NCBI GenBank assembly: GCA_963719315.1
Contig: CAVRBU010000004.1
Location: forward strand, 736,001 to 800,000
Origin: an uncultured Planctomycetota bacterium
GTDB lineage: Bacteria > Planctomycetota > Planctomycetia > Pirellulales > Lacipirellulaceae
Reading direction: 5' to 3'
DNA length: 64,000 nt
The notes below the pieces were generated by a model. It had not been told where the DNA came from. It ran no database searches and worked only from the letters and a program-made list of their open reading frames with translations. The position numbers and the translations under genes were made by a program. Below are positions 21,144 to 32,535 of this stretch, piece after piece. Each line of letters opens with the position of its first letter. Positions within the stretch are counted from its first letter, which is position 1.

Positions 21144-22760
21144 ATGTCGGTCCGAAAAAAACCACGAACTTACTTCTATTCCTCCGTCGTCGCCACGGCG
21201 ATGGCCATGCTCCTCGGCGTAGGCGGCTGCGCCCTGCCGGAGTGGTACCACAACGGCTTCAAAGTGGGGCCGAATTACTGCAAGCCGGCCGCACCCGTCG
21301 AACCGCAATGGATCGATTACGAACGCGATCCGCGGCTCAGCCAGGAGCCTGTGGATACTAGCGCATGGTGGACGGTCTTTAACGACCCGAAGCTCAATTC
21401 GCTGATCGAAACGGCGTCGAATCAAAACCTCACCCTCCGCGTGGCCGGTACGCGCATCCTGCAAGCACAGGCGGTGCGCGGGATCGCGGCCGGAAACTTG
21501 TTCCCGCAGGGGCAACAGGCGTTCGGCAGTTACACCCGCACTCAAGTCAGCAAAACCATCGCCAACTCGCCGCCGGTGAAGGATTTCGGCACCTGGACAG
21601 AAGGGTTCAACCTGTCTTGGGAACTCGACTTCTGGGGCCGGTTTCGCCGCGGGCTGGAGTCGGCCGACGCCGCGTTGGATGCGACTGTCGAAGGCTACGA
21701 CAACGTGCTCGTACTGCTGTTGTCCGACGTGGCCTCGACCTACGTGCAGATTCGGACGTTGCAGGAAGAGTTGCGGCTGGTGAACGAAAACGTGCAACTG
21801 CAGAAAGAGTCGCTGCGGATCGCTGCAGCTCAGTACAACGCTGGTCAAGCCGATGCAGCCGATGTGCTGCAAACGCGGAACAACGTCGAGCAAACCGAGG
21901 CGCTAATTCCGCAACTGGAGGCGGCTCTGCGGCAAGCGAATAATGCGCTGTGCATCCTGCTGGGCTTGCCGCCGCGAGATCTGATTGCGACCGAATTGGG
22001 CATTGGTCCGATTCCCACGGCGCCCCCGGATGTGGCGGTGGGCATTCCGGCGGAGCTCGTGCGCCGCCGGCCCGATGTGCGGCAGGCCGAACGGCTGGTG
22101 GCGGCGCAGTGTGCCCAGATCGGCGTCGCCGTGTCTGAGTTGTATCCGCACTTTGCCATCAATGGCGTATTGCAGTGGCAATCGGAGCACATCGAAGATC
22201 TGTTCACGCCGGCAAGCGTGGGCGGTGCAGTCGGGCCGTCGTTTGTGTGGAATATTCTGAATTACGGGCGGATTCAAAACGGCGTGCGGCAGCAGCAAGC
22301 GCTGTTCGAGCAGACCGTTTATTCGTACCAAAACACGGTCCTCAACGCCCAGCGCGAGGCCGAAGATGGAATTGTCGGGTTCTTGAAAGCCCAGGACCAA
22401 ACCGCCGATTTGCAGTTGGCGGTTCGCGACATTAAAGAACTGAACGGCGTACTGTTGACGCAAGCCAACGCGGGCGCAACAAACTTCGATCGCGTGTTCG
22501 TCGTGCAAGCCCAAGCGACCGTGCAAGAGGACAACCTGGCGACGAGCCAGGGCAACATCGCACTGAATCTCATTCGCATTTACAGGTCCTTAGGTGGTGG
22601 CTGGCAGATTCGCCTGCAATCGCCTGTCGCCTCGCCAGGGTCAGACTTGCTCGAGCAGCCGCTGCTGATCGAGCCTCACGTTGATGAGCCGCATGAGAAT
22701 CAACCGTTGCTGCTGCCGCCTCCGCAGGAAGCGTTGCCGACGCCACCGCAATCGCCCTAA
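21144..22760 (+). CDS. Outer membrane efflux lipoprotein (NodT/TolC family)
   Basis: Lipobox GVGGC, WWTVFNDPKL, SWELDFWGRFRR, RRRPDVRQAER, YRSLGGGW. Confidence 0.92.
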   Translation: MSVRKKPRTYFYSSVVATAMAMLLGVGGCALPEWYHNGFKVGPNYCKPAAPVEPQWIDYERDPRLSQEPVDTSAWWTVFNDPKLNSLIETASNQNLTLRVAGTRILQAQAVRGIAAGNLFPQGQQAFGSYTRTQVSKTIANSPPVKDFGTWTEGFNLSWELDFWGRFRRGLESADAALDATVEGYDNVLVLLLSDVASTYVQIRTLQEELRLVNENVQLQKESLRIAAAQYNAGQADAADVLQTRNNVEQTEALIPQLEAALRQANNALCILLGLPPRDLIATELGIGPIPTAPPDVAVGIPAELVRRRPDVRQAERLVAAQCAQIGVAVSELYPHFAINGVLQWQSEHIEDLFTPASVGGAVGPSFVWNILNYGRIQNGVRQQQALFEQTVYSYQNTVLNAQREAEDGIVGFLKAQDQTADLQLAVRDIKELNGVLLTQANAGATNFDRVFVVQAQATVQEDNLATSQGNIALNLIRIYRSLGGGWQIRLQSPVASPGSDLLEQPLLIEPHVDEPHENQPLLLPPPQEALPTPPQSP

Positions 22761-22779
22761 CCCGTAGTCGACTGGAAAC

Positions 22780-23187
22780 ATGGCCGAGAGGAATGCGTTT
22801 TTGGCGCTGTCGATCGCCTTTGCGACAGCCCTTGTCATGCCCCTTGCACAGGCCGCATTTGCCGGCGACTCGGTGTGCGGCGAGCAGCAGAAATGTGCGT
22901 GCCGCGGTGGCTTGATGCTCTGCTGCCCGGATGATTACTGCCCGAAGCCGCTGCCGTGCGTGCCGTGGGCGCGGTGTTGTTGCCCGGATGACTACTGCTG
23001 CAAGCCGTACCCGTACCTGTTCTCGCCGGCGCTATCGTGCTGCGGCGACGATTACTGCTGCAAACCGTTTCCACATCTCTGCTGGCCGCGATTGCCGGTG
23101 CACTATAGCTGCGGTCCGCCTGCGCGCGACGAATGCGCCGCGCCGAAGCAGGTAACCGATTACTTCGACGGCAGCGGCAAGAAGTAG
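22780..23187 (+). CDS. Secreted Cys-rich protein with three CC[PG]DDYCxKP repeats
   Basis: Signal peptide, 19 Cys in 135 aa. Confidence 0.65.
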   Translation: MAERNAFLALSIAFATALVMPLAQAAFAGDSVCGEQQKCACRGGLMLCCPDDYCPKPLPCVPWARCCCPDDYCCKPYPYLFSPALSCCGDDYCCKPFPHLCWPRLPVHYSCGPPARDECAAPKQVTDYFDGSGKK

Positions 23188-24286
23188 GCCCACTTTTGCA
23201 AACGGATCGTGACCTTGCTGATCATGTCGAACGACTTGCCCCAGTCGGTATAGATCGCGACCGCACCCGCCGTGCCCATGGCCAGTTCTTCGGCTTGTTC
23301 GTCGTCGTCGAGCCGAATTTTCACGGCCAGGATTCCAGGCGAACCGATCTGCGCGGCCGAAGGCAGCTTTCCGCCCGTCGTGAATTGGCCTTCGCCGCTG
23401 GCCTCGATCACGTTCTCGACTTTGCCGCGAAACAACTGGCCCGGGTTGCTCTTGAAAGCCAACTCGACTTCCTGCCCCGGCTTCACGTTCAGCAAGATTT
23501 GCGCGGGGAACGATGCCACGATGGATGTTTCGGAGGTATCGACGAACGTGCCGACCGCGGCCAGCGGCATGGGTACGACGAACGTCCCTTCGCGAATCTG
23601 CCAATCGGTGACGAACCCATCCGCCGGCGCCTTAACGGTGCATTCTTCCAGATTGAACTTGGCCGTTTCGCGCTGACTTTCAACGCTGCCGACGGTATCT
23701 TTGCCCGCTATAAGTGCGGCGCGAGCCTGGGCTTCGGCGGCCTCGGCTTGCGTAACCGTCGCCTCGCTGGCGGCGAACTGCTGTTCGGCCTGCACCAGCT
23801 TCAGCTTCGAGATGGCCTGCGGATTATCTTTTTCGATGGCCTTCGCGACTTCGAACGCCGTCTTGGATGTTTGGAGATCGGCCTTGGCTTTCGCCAGGTT
23901 GGCCACCGCCGCGCTGACGCCGGCCTCAAGCTGAATCACGTTGCTCTTCGCGGCTTGCAGTTGCGCTTCGACCTGGTCGAGCGCGTATTGGTACGGCGCG
24001 GGTCGATTTCGAAAAGAACGTCGCCCTTTTTCAGCGGCTCGTTTGGCTTGGACGGAATGCTCGTCACTTGCCCTTTCACATACGGAACGAGCTGGACGAC
24101 GTAGCGGCTCACCACAGCGCGAGTCGAAATCGGGGCAGCCTGCGTCCACAACACCACGACCGTGCCCAGCATCAGGACGCCGGCCGTCGCGAAAATCGCG
24201 ATCGGCCAGGGCCGCGGCCGAACCTTCAAAACCTTGAACACGAGCACGATCGCCGCGGTGTAGATGATCGTCATGAACGCGATCAT
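23160..24286 (-). CDS. HlyD family secretion protein (YibH/YiaV-like), frameshift near 24000
   Basis: N-terminal TMs, VQLVPYVKGQV..LKKGDVLFEIDP, TVKAPADGFV. Confidence 0.85.
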
Positions 24287-24562
24287 GGTGTGGGGCCTCC
24301 GTCCTTCGCCGAGCTGCTCGACTTGGGTGGTAGGAAGGCCCAGACGAACGCGATCGGCCACAGCGCCGAGCGTGACGAGACTGATCCACCCGGCGGCCGC
24401 GACGGCCTTGGCATACGGATGGTTCCGACTGGCGGCTATCTTGCCGGGCAACCCGCCCAAGAGAACGATGATCACGACCGCGGTCAGCAGCAACACGGCG
24501 ATGACCAGGAACGCAAACAGATCGAATCCGTCGATCGTGACCGTCGCAAATAGCCGGCTCAT
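24283..24562 (-). CDS. DUF3302 (YibI-like) small membrane protein, frameshift near 24360
   Basis: LPGKIAASRNHPYAKAVAAAGWISL..LWPIAFVWAF; ATGA overlap with the HlyD gene. Confidence 0.8.
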
Positions 24563-24745
24563 GCACACTTGAACTACTTCCCACGCGTCGATCTAGCCCT
24601 CGGACAACCTGCTGCCATTATAGCAAGGAATGCCGTAGCGATGACGCAGACGATATCGCAACTGGGGCGTCGCGCGCCGCCCAAAGCCGCCCTGACGCTG
24701 CGGTCGCAAGGGTTGTAACGGTCGGTAGCAGTTTTGGAGCGCCGG

Positions 24746-27322
24746 TCACTCGCGGCCGGCTTCGACCTTCTTCAGGCCTTCCTCGAGTTTCTTGATGTCC
24801 TCGGGCGAAAGCTGCGGCCGATCGATCTTGATCGTCAGCTTGTTAAACTGGGCGGTGAGCGGGAACGGCGGCGTGTAGTCCGCATCATTCACGCCAGTAA
24901 TCGTATCGGAGCCGATGTCGAACGACTCGTCCCATTGCAGGATGATCGGAATGGTTTTCTCCATCTTCTTCGTAGCAACCACCTTGCCGTCCACCTTCAG
25001 CGTGCCGGTGCCCGGCTGGCCGATACCAGCAAAGCTGTTGTAGGCCATTGTGCCAGCGCCGCTGCCGTCATACTTGAAGTCGAACTCCAGAATGTGCCGG
25101 CCGGGCGTGAGCGCTTCACGACCTTCCCACTTGATGCGCTCCAGGTCGAGCAGATTCCACAGGAACACGGGCTTGCCCTTGAGAAGGTAGAAGCCGAAGC
25201 CCGCAAAGCGCCCGCCGGAAGTCACGATCATGCCTTCAGCGCCTCCTTCCGGCACGGTGACGTCGGCAGTGATACTGTAGGAAGTATCGAGCAGGTACGG
25301 CGCATCGCCTTGCGGCAGTCCCGTCATAGGCCGCGTATAGACGAGCTCCGTGCGACCCGCGGTGAGGCTCGGACGCGGAGCCGCGACACGGCGCCAACCG
25401 AGGCGTTCAACGGAAGAACCTGATACTTTTTGGCCTCTTCGAGGAACATCGCCCTCATCTCCTGGACCTTCTCCGGGTGCTGTGCGGCAATGTCGTCGTA
25501 CTGATTCCAGCTTTCGTTGAGGTTGTAGAGCTGGAACACCTGGTTATTGAGCGGATCCGGGTTGGCCGCTTCGAATGCCTGCCACGGCGCGCGATTGACC
25601 TTGGTGCTCATGAGCCAGCCGTCGTGGTACAGCGCGTACTGGCCCATCATCTCGAAGTACTGGGTTTTGTGCCGCGACGGCGCCTTGGCGTTCTCCTTGT
25701 CGAAAGTGTAGGCGAAACTTGTGCCCTCGATCGGCTTTTGCTTGATGCCATCGACGTATTCCGGCGCGGGGATGCCGATGACCTCCAGGAGCGTGGGCAC
25801 GTAGTCGATCACGTGGACGAACTGTTCGCGCAGGCCGCCCTTGTCCTTGATGCGCCGGCCACGAGATCACCATGTTCTGGTTCGTGCCGCCGAGCCGCGA
25901 AGCATTCTGCTTGAACCAGTCGAACGGCGTATCAAACGCCCACGACCAGCCGGCCGACATGTGGTTGTAAGCAAATTCGGTCCCCCAGGCTTCGTAGAAC
26001 TTCATCTGCACATCCACGGGCGGCGCCACGCCGTTGAAGAACGCGACCTCGCTGAACGTGCCTTCCGGCCCGCCCTCGGCGCTGGTGCCATTGTCGCCGT
26101 TCTGGTAGATGATGATTGTGTTGTCGAGCTTGCCCAGGTCCTCGAAGGCCTGGATCACCCGCCCCATCTCGTAGTCGTTGTAGGCCACATAGGCGGCGAA
26201 CACGTTCGCCTGGCGGATGAAGAGTTTCTTCGCCTCGGGCGTCAGCTCGTCCCAAGGCGTTAGCATGTCCTTAGGCCAGGGTGTCAGCTTCAGGCCCTTG
26301 GGGATCACGCCAAGCCGCTTCTGGTTCTCGAAAATCCGTTCTCGCAGCTTTTCGTAGCCGTCGTCGAACAGGTGCATCGCCTCGATCTTATCCACCCACT
26401 CCTTGGTCGGATGGTGCGGCGCGTGCGAGCAGCCGGGCACGTAGTGCAGGAAGATCGGCTGGTTGGGGTCACTCTGGTGAATCCGCGTCATCCAGTCAAT
26501 GGCATCATCCGCCATCGCGGTGATCAGGTTCCAGCTGCTCTCTTTGCCGGTGACCGGCCAAATCTTCGCCTTTGGATCCGATCGATCCATCTTCAAAGTA
26601 CCCTCGTGACCAATCCACGGATAAATCTGCGTCGTATTGCGGAACAGGTTCGGTCCCCACTGGTTGGCGTCGCCGCCGACAAAGCCGTAGAAGTAGTCAA
26701 AACCTAAGCCTGTCGGCCACTGAGTGAACGGCCCAACCTGACTGGCTTGGTAGGTCGGCGTGTTGTGGTCCTTGCCGAACCACGACGTGGCGTAGCCGTT
26801 GTCTCGCAGGATGCGGCCAATGGTGGCGTTGTCCAGCCCGATAACGCTGTCGTAGCCGGGGAAGCCGGTGGCCTGCTCGGCGATCACGCCGAAGCCGACC
26901 GAGTGGTGGTTGCGCCCGGTAATCAGCGCCGCCCGCGTCGGCGAGCACAATGCGGTCGAGAACACCCGGTTGTAGCGCAGTCCCGCATTCGCGATGCGGT
27001 CCATGGTTGGCGTCGGAATCACGCCGCCGAACGTGCTCGGCACGCCGAAGCCGGCATCATCGGTCATGATCAAGAGGACGTTCGGCGCGCCCTTCGGCGG
27101 CACGACGCGCGGCGGCCACCAAGACTTCGACTGCATGGCGTTGTCCTTGATCACGCCGCCGAATTTCGGCGCGGGCGGCGGAAGCTGCTTGCCGCTGATC
27201 GTGGTCGTGGCGCTGGGCGTGCCGGGCGTGCCGGTGGTTTGTTGGGCTCGTGCGTTCGGCGCATACGCCATCCAGTTGAACGTGAACGATGCAATCAGGA
27301 CGATACATTGACATGATTTCAT
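24746..27322 (-). CDS. Arylsulfatase with LamG-like tail (frameshifts near 25860 and 25385)
   Basis: PNVLLIMTDDAG, LCSPTRAALITGR, GDNGTSAEG; three consecutive ORFs. Confidence 0.85.
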
Positions 27323-27590
27323 GTTTTCTCCTACTGGTGCGCACCATCCGGAACTTTCGGGTCAACGTGGATAATATACAGATCGTTGGAACTTGTCGCA
27401 ATCAGGCGCGCTACGGTTGAACGTGGAAGTCGAAATCAATGGTGAAGACAACACAGGCGGCGAGGAGCAAGGTCAGCGCAAGAAGAAACGCAATGTCGGA
27501 AATGTGGCCGATTATTTATTGATTCGAGTGATCCGTTCGACGCAGAATGAAAAAGTGAGCGCCGTACTGAGTACTCAAACTGAAAAGGCG

Positions 27591-27737
27591 AACCGCCAAG
27601 GTCGCCAAGAACGCCAAGGAATACAGAGAGGAATCAACTTGGCTTGCAGTTTGTCTTTGAAAGACCGTTCCGGCAGTCTATTGCGTTTTAATCGTAATAA
27701 ATGAAGGCTTGGTGCTCTTGGCGTGCTTGGCGGTTTT
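27591..27737. repeat. Inverted repeat with triple CGCCAAG/CTTGGCG arms (copy 2)
   Basis: aaccgccaag-gtcgccaag-aacgccaag ... cttggtgct-cttggcgtg-cttggcggtt. Confidence 0.8.
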
Positions 27738-27809
27738 CACTTTGAGTGAGAAGAAACACCAGCGCACGGCGGTGGGCAACTCATCCACCGTGCTTTCCCT
27801 TTGCATTCC

Positions 27810-28022
27810 TCAGCCCAGCAGTATGCGGATGCAAATGGCAAGCACCACCACGAAGACCACAACGGCCAGCAGTATGCCGATGACTCCCGCGTAAAGGCCC
27901 CACGGCGAGGCATTGGCCGCGCAGTTGCTACATGGTTCCGGTATGGAAGTTTCTGGGTCGATCAAAACCGGTGATCCGCATTTCGGACATTTGCCCCAGT
28001 TCTCATTGTTGTCGCTGGACAT
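27810..28022 (-). CDS. Small protein with CxxC...CxxC zinc-ribbon-like motif and C-terminal TM
   Basis: CPKCG..CSNC followed by a hydrophobic helix. Confidence 0.5.
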   Translation of the reverse strand: MSSDNNENWGKCPKCGSPVLIDPETSIPEPCSNCAANASPWGLYAGVIGILLAVVVFVVVLAICIRILLG

Positions 28023-28100
28023 CCTTGCTCATCCAATCCAGTTTTGCCATCGTCAGTTTTTTGTTCTGGGGCGCCGCCGAAACGAATGCATCTGAAACGG

Positions 28101-29123
28101 CTACTCATCGAAGGAAAAAATCCGTTTCCAATCCTTCTTCATGCTGATCACCGTCCAGTGCTTGGCCTGCGCTTCGTCGTACAGCGCCTGGCTGAACGTG
28201 CCGACCTTCGTCTCGGGTAAACTGGCTGCCGGACCGTAAGCATACTCCCGTTGGGCGTCGTCGTGTAGCACGAGCATGCACAGCCGCGCGCCCTCCCCTG
28301 CCCCGGTGTATTCCAGCATCTCCTTGTCGCCCGCCGTATTGCCAAAGGCGGCCCGCGGGCGGCGGCCCGTGAACAGGTAAATATCCTCCGCCTTGCCCGC
28401 GTAGTTGTTGTTCAGGAGCATCTTCGCGTTCAGCATGAGGTCGTTTCCCGGCCTCGCGGGCGTGTAGGTGGTCGTGACCGTCGTGCCGACGATCTGCTCG
28501 GGCGGGATGCCATACGTCGGTTGGGCAAACGACCGGACGAAGGGCTGCGTGCCGCCAGTGACGATGTACGTCTTGTAGCCATTCGCGCGCACGTACCGCA
28601 TGACTTCGAGCATCGGTCGATAGGCCAGTTCGGTGTAGGGGCGATGCCAGCGTGGATCTTTCGCCTTAGAAATCCAGTCTTTGGCAGCCTGATTAAACTC
28701 CTTCGTGCTGACGCCGGTATGCGTCTCGACGACGATCTTCATGATGTCATCGAGCGTGAATTTCTCCATCGCCGCCTTGTCGCCGGTGACGACGGCTTTG
28801 AACGGCTGCGTCACTCTCCACTCCGGATGTTGCGGCGCCAGGTCACGCAAGCGATCCAACGAAAACACCACTTCGGTGTACATAGGATGCTCGACCCACG
28901 TCGTGCCATCCTCATCGAACGTGGCGATCCGCTCGGCCGGCGGCACGAACCTGGGGCCGCCTTCGGTCGTCGTCGTCTTCACGAATTCGACGATCGCCTG
29001 CTTCGCCGGCCCTTCATTCCAAGAAGGCAGCGGGCCTGCCGCATTCTGGGCGATGGCGAAATTCGTGCGGAGCGATAGGACTACTAATGCGGAAAAGAAG
29101 AAGTTAGCGAATCGAGTCTTCAT
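28101..29123 (-). CDS. Exported HAD-family hydrolase (acid phosphatase-like)
   Basis: LPSWNEG, FDEDGT, YIVTGG, AFGNTAGD, HDDAQREYAY. Confidence 0.88.
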   Translation of the reverse strand: MKTRFANFFFSALVVLSLRTNFAIAQNAAGPLPSWNEGPAKQAIVEFVKTTTTEGGPRFVPPAERIATFDEDGTTWVEHPMYTEVVFSLDRLRDLAPQHPEWRVTQPFKAVVTGDKAAMEKFTLDDIMKIVVETHTGVSTKEFNQAAKDWISKAKDPRWHRPYTELAYRPMLEVMRYVRANGYKTYIVTGGTQPFVRSFAQPTYGIPPEQIVGTTVTTTYTPARPGNDLMLNAKMLLNNNYAGKAEDIYLFTGRRPRAAFGNTAGDKEMLEYTGAGEGARLCMLVLHDDAQREYAYGPAASLPETKVGTFSQALYDEAQAKHWTVISMKKDWKRIFSFDE

Positions 29124-29225
29124 GGTCTTATTCTCTTTTAGTTACTCCGGATTGCGACGAAAGCGCAGACGCGATCTCTACCTGCCCTGTAACATGCTCA
29201 AATATTGTCAATTGTCGAAGCGTAG

Positions 29226-30101
29226 TCAACAGATTTTGTGTGTCTTCCCTCGCCGGCCGCGGTGTGGCGACCGGTAATTGTCTTGGCTATTAAAGTGATC
29301 GACGGCCGCCTTCAAGTCGGTCAGTAGCACGTCCGCAAGATTACGACCGAAGCCTTCACGAACGCAGACTCGCATGACGGCCATATCATCGACTTTCGGT
29401 GGCATTGTGTAGGCAGGAACCTGCCAACCATACTCGCGTAATTTTTCGGAGAGATCAAACACCGTGTACGCGCTCGGATTCTTCAGCGCGAACGCGAAGA
29501 CGGGTATCTCATCGCCGCGGCTGAGTAGCTCGAACGGCCCCAGCTTTTCGATCTCGCTCGATAAATGGACGGCCGTCTCCCGCATCGATTTCATAACTTG
29601 CGTGTAGCCCGCGCGGCCTAGGCGAAGGAAATTGTAATATTGGCCGACAATTTGATTGCCAGGCCGCGAGAAGTTGAGCGTAAAGGTGGGCATGTCGCCC
29701 CCCAGATAATTGACGTGAAATATCAGTTCTTCCGGCAATTCGTCGTGCGAGCGCCAAACCACCCAACCGACACCCGGATAGACCAAAAAAGATGAATAGA
29801 AAGCCGGCGCTGCCCATCGTGGCAGCAGGATGTTCGCCGCGCCCGTCAGGATACCCGTGCCGAAACCGCGATTCAGGAATTCAACGGTGCCGCCTTCGCC
29901 AGGAAACCGCAAGGTCAGCTTGAGATACGAGTAGCTTGTTAAAAGCGCTACGATGCCGGATGTGACAAAGGCAATTGGAATCGCGCCTTTGGTCAACTGA
30001 ACGGCCAGTCCCGTCGTCGCGAAGATTCCCCCGCCAACCATTCCTCCAATGCCGATCGAGAGTGTCGAAAAAGTTCCCAGTTTTCCGGCGTGATCACTCA
30101 T
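29226..30101 (-). pseudogene. Chimera: APC amino-acid permease N-terminus fused to glutamate decarboxylase C-terminus
   Basis: SIGIGGMVGGGIF (APC TM1); then LVYPGVGWVVWR..FHVNYLGG..LNFSRPG..GWQVPAYTMP (GadB-like) without the PLP lysine. Confidence 0.8.
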
Positions 30102-30730
30102 GAAGCACCAGGCCCGTCAAAAAATGACTGAATACCGTTGAGGGCAAATTGAACCCCCATCGCGATGACAATCAAGCCCATGAAACGAGTGATTGTATCG
30201 TGTACGAAGCCGCCGCCGCTCGCGCGGCCGCCCATCCAGATCGCCAGCAGGATCGCCAGCCACATGACCACCGTGGCCACCGCGACGGCGACCAGCGCCG
30301 TCATCGGGAACGATAGCTTGGTGTGGGCCGCGGCGAGTGTGATCACGCCGGTGATCGTACCGGGGCTGGCCGCGAACAAGATCAGCGGACTCAGCGATAC
30401 TCTTTGGCTGGCGCCGACATTCTGCGAGCGATTGTCAGCGGTCGCGTTGCCACGCAGCATCGAGAAGCCGATCCAAGACAACACACCTCCGCCGGCGACA
30501 GAGAAGGCATCGAGCGAAACGCCAAATAGATGCAGGATACGCGTGCCGATCAGTGCCGCCAGCACCAAAATGACCAGCACAGTCAAAGCTGCCTTGGTCG
30601 CGTCGACCAACTGCGCACGCCGCAACCGAGAACCCTCAAGTTGCACGAAAATCGCCCCGCACATCACTGGATTCACCAGGGCCAGCACGGTAGCAATGGC
30701 CTGCAAGACTTCTTGGAGGAGCTTGTTCAT
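30098..30730 (-). CDS. MarC family protein
   Basis: LVNP, FGVSLDAFSVAGG, PLILFAASPGTIT, TRFMGLIV. Confidence 0.88.
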   Translation of the reverse strand: MNKLLQEVLQAIATVLALVNPVMCGAIFVQLEGSRLRRAQLVDATKAALTVLVILVLAALIGTRILHLFGVSLDAFSVAGGGVLSWIGFSMLRGNATADNRSQNVGASQRVSLSPLILFAASPGTITGVITLAAAHTKLSFPMTALVAVAVATVVMWLAILLAIWMGGRASGGGFVHDTITRFMGLIVIAMGVQFALNGIQSFFDGPGAS

Positions 30731-30863
30731 CTAACGGAGTAAATGTAGTCGGCGAAGAAAATTGCCGGCATTCCCAACGTGCCGCGGATCGATTTCATGG
30801 TTAGCTCGCCGTGTTCGTTGCAACTTCTCCGTCGCGGAAGTAGTCTACGTGCCAAGGCGCGGG

Positions 30864-32408
30864 TCAATTGTTCGTCTTCGGCGCGCTCTGTAGTGCCTCC
30901 AACACCTGATCGAGACTGAAGCTGCCGGGTTTCTGGCGTGGCGGGAATTGGTTGTACGTCGCAAGATGCGCGGCGACCATCGCCTGGGCCGGCACGAGCA
31001 CGAACGCATGATCGACGCGCCACCGGCCGTAGTCGCTGGCCTCGTGGTCGGCACGTTCATAGGGGTCGGTGCGCAGGCAAAACAGCTTAGGGAAGCGTAG
31101 CGTCACCAAGGGATCCTGCCACACGTCCAATCCGTGGGCGCGTTGCTCCTGGAACACGATCTTCCAGCGGTCGTAGCGCAGGCCGCAGAGGTTGCCGTCG
31201 TCCGTCCAGTAGAAGAACTCCTTGCGGGGCGATTGCGGCGTGGCATTCTTGAAATAGGGGAGCAGGTTGTAGCCATCGAGATGGACTTTGTAATCCCGGC
31301 CGATCGCTCGATATCCCTTGATAAGTTTCTCCTTGATATCCGGCACACCGGCCGCGGCCAGCAACGTTGGCAACATGTCTTCGTGGGAAAACACATCGTT
31401 GTAGATCGTGCCGGGCTTGATTACGCCCGGCCAGCGGATCAAGCAAGGCACGCGATAACCGCCTTCCCAGTTCGAGTTTTTCTCATTGCGAAACGGCGTG
31501 CTGCCGCCGTCCGGCCAAGAGAAACACTCAGCACCGTTGTCGGTGGAATACATGACGATCGTGTTCTCTTCGAGCCCCAGATCCTTCAGCTTGTCGAGGA
31601 TCTGGCCCACCTGGGCGTCGTGTTCCACCATGCCGTCCGGGTAAACGCCTAAGCCCGTTTTGCCTTGCGAGCCCTGCTTGAGGTGCGTCCAGATGTGCAT
31701 GCGGGTCGAGTTCCACCACAGAAAGAACGGCTTGTCTGCCTTCTTGGCGCGTTCGAGGAAGTCGAGTGCGGCGGCCGTGACTTCGTCGTCGATCGTTTCC
31801 ATGCGCTTAATGGTCAGCGGGCCGGTGTCTTGAATCTTGCCGCCAGCCGTGGATTTGATCACGCCGCGCGGTCCGAACTTCTTTTTGAATTCCGGCTTCT
31901 TGGGATAGTCCGGATGCTCGGGCTCCTGCTCGGCGTTCAGGTGATAAAGATTGCCGAGGAATTCATCAAAGCCATGGTTGGTCGGGAGCATCTCATCGAG
32001 GTCGCCCAAATGGTTCTTGCCACATTGGGCAGTCATGTACCCTTGATTCTTCAGCAGGCCGGCGATTGTCGGGTCCTTGATCGAGATACCTTCCTTCGCA
32101 CCGGGCAGACCGACCTTTAGCAGGCCGGTGCGGAACGGACTTTGGCCCGTGATGAACGCGGCCCGCCCGGCCGTGCAAGATTGTTGACCGTACCAGTCCG
32201 TGAATAGCGCGCCCTCGCGGGCAATGCGGTCGATGTTGGGCGTCTGGTAGCCCATCATGCCGCGATGATAACAACTCGGATTGTTCCACCCGATGTCATC
32301 GCCCCAGAGGATGAGGATGTTGGGTTTTTTGTTGCCAGCTGCGTGAGCTGCGACGGCGGCACAGAGGAGCAGTGCCGAAGCGAACGTAGGTATCAGGCTC
32401 CGTTTCAT
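30864..32408 (-). CDS. Arylsulfatase (Cys-type)
   Basis: [21 protein letters not shown]; close paralog of 9540-11102. Confidence 0.92.
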   Translation of the reverse strand: MKRSLIPTFASALLLCAAVAAHAAGNKKPNILILWGDDIGWNNPSCYHRGMMGYQTPNIDRIAREGALFTDWYGQQSCTAGRAAFITGQSPFRTGLLKVGLPGAKEGISIKDPTIAGLLKNQGYMTAQCGKNHLGDLDEMLPTNHGFDEFLGNLYHLNAEQEPEHPDYPKKPEFKKKFGPRGVIKSTAGGKIQDTGPLTIKRMETIDDEVTAAALDFLERAKKADKPFFLWWNSTRMHIWTHLKQGSQGKTGLGVYPDGMVEHDAQVGQILDKLKDLGLEENTIVMYSTDNGAECFSWPDGGSTPFRNEKNSNWEGGYRVPCLIRWPGVIKPGTIYNDVFSHEDMLPTLLAAAGVPDIKEKLIKGYRAIGRDYKVHLDGYNLLPYFKNATPQSPRKEFFYWTDDGNLCGLRYDRWKIVFQEQRAHGLDVWQDPLVTLRFPKLFCLRTDPYERADHEASDYGRWRVDHAFVLVPAQAMVAAHLATYNQFPPRQKPGSFSLDQVLEALQSAPKTNN

Positions 32409-32477
32409 GGATTCCGTCTCCGTGAATCAGTTTCGATTGCGTTGGATTTCTTGGTAAGCGTCGTCGGCGGTTAGGAA

Positions 32478-32507
32478 ACGCGGGCGGCCCTTGCGAGCCG
32501 CCCGCGT
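32478..32507. terminator. GC-rich hairpin between two sulfatase genes
   Basis: acgcgggcggc-ccttgcga-gccgcccgcgt; weak U-tract. Confidence 0.35.
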
Positions 32508-32535
32508 GCGCCCTCATGTTGCCCGACTCGGACAC

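Noticed and set aside
30727..30800. Short ORF MKSIRGTLGMPAIFFADYIYSVR between sulfatase and marC
   Set aside because: Could be another deletion scar but has no recognisable parent
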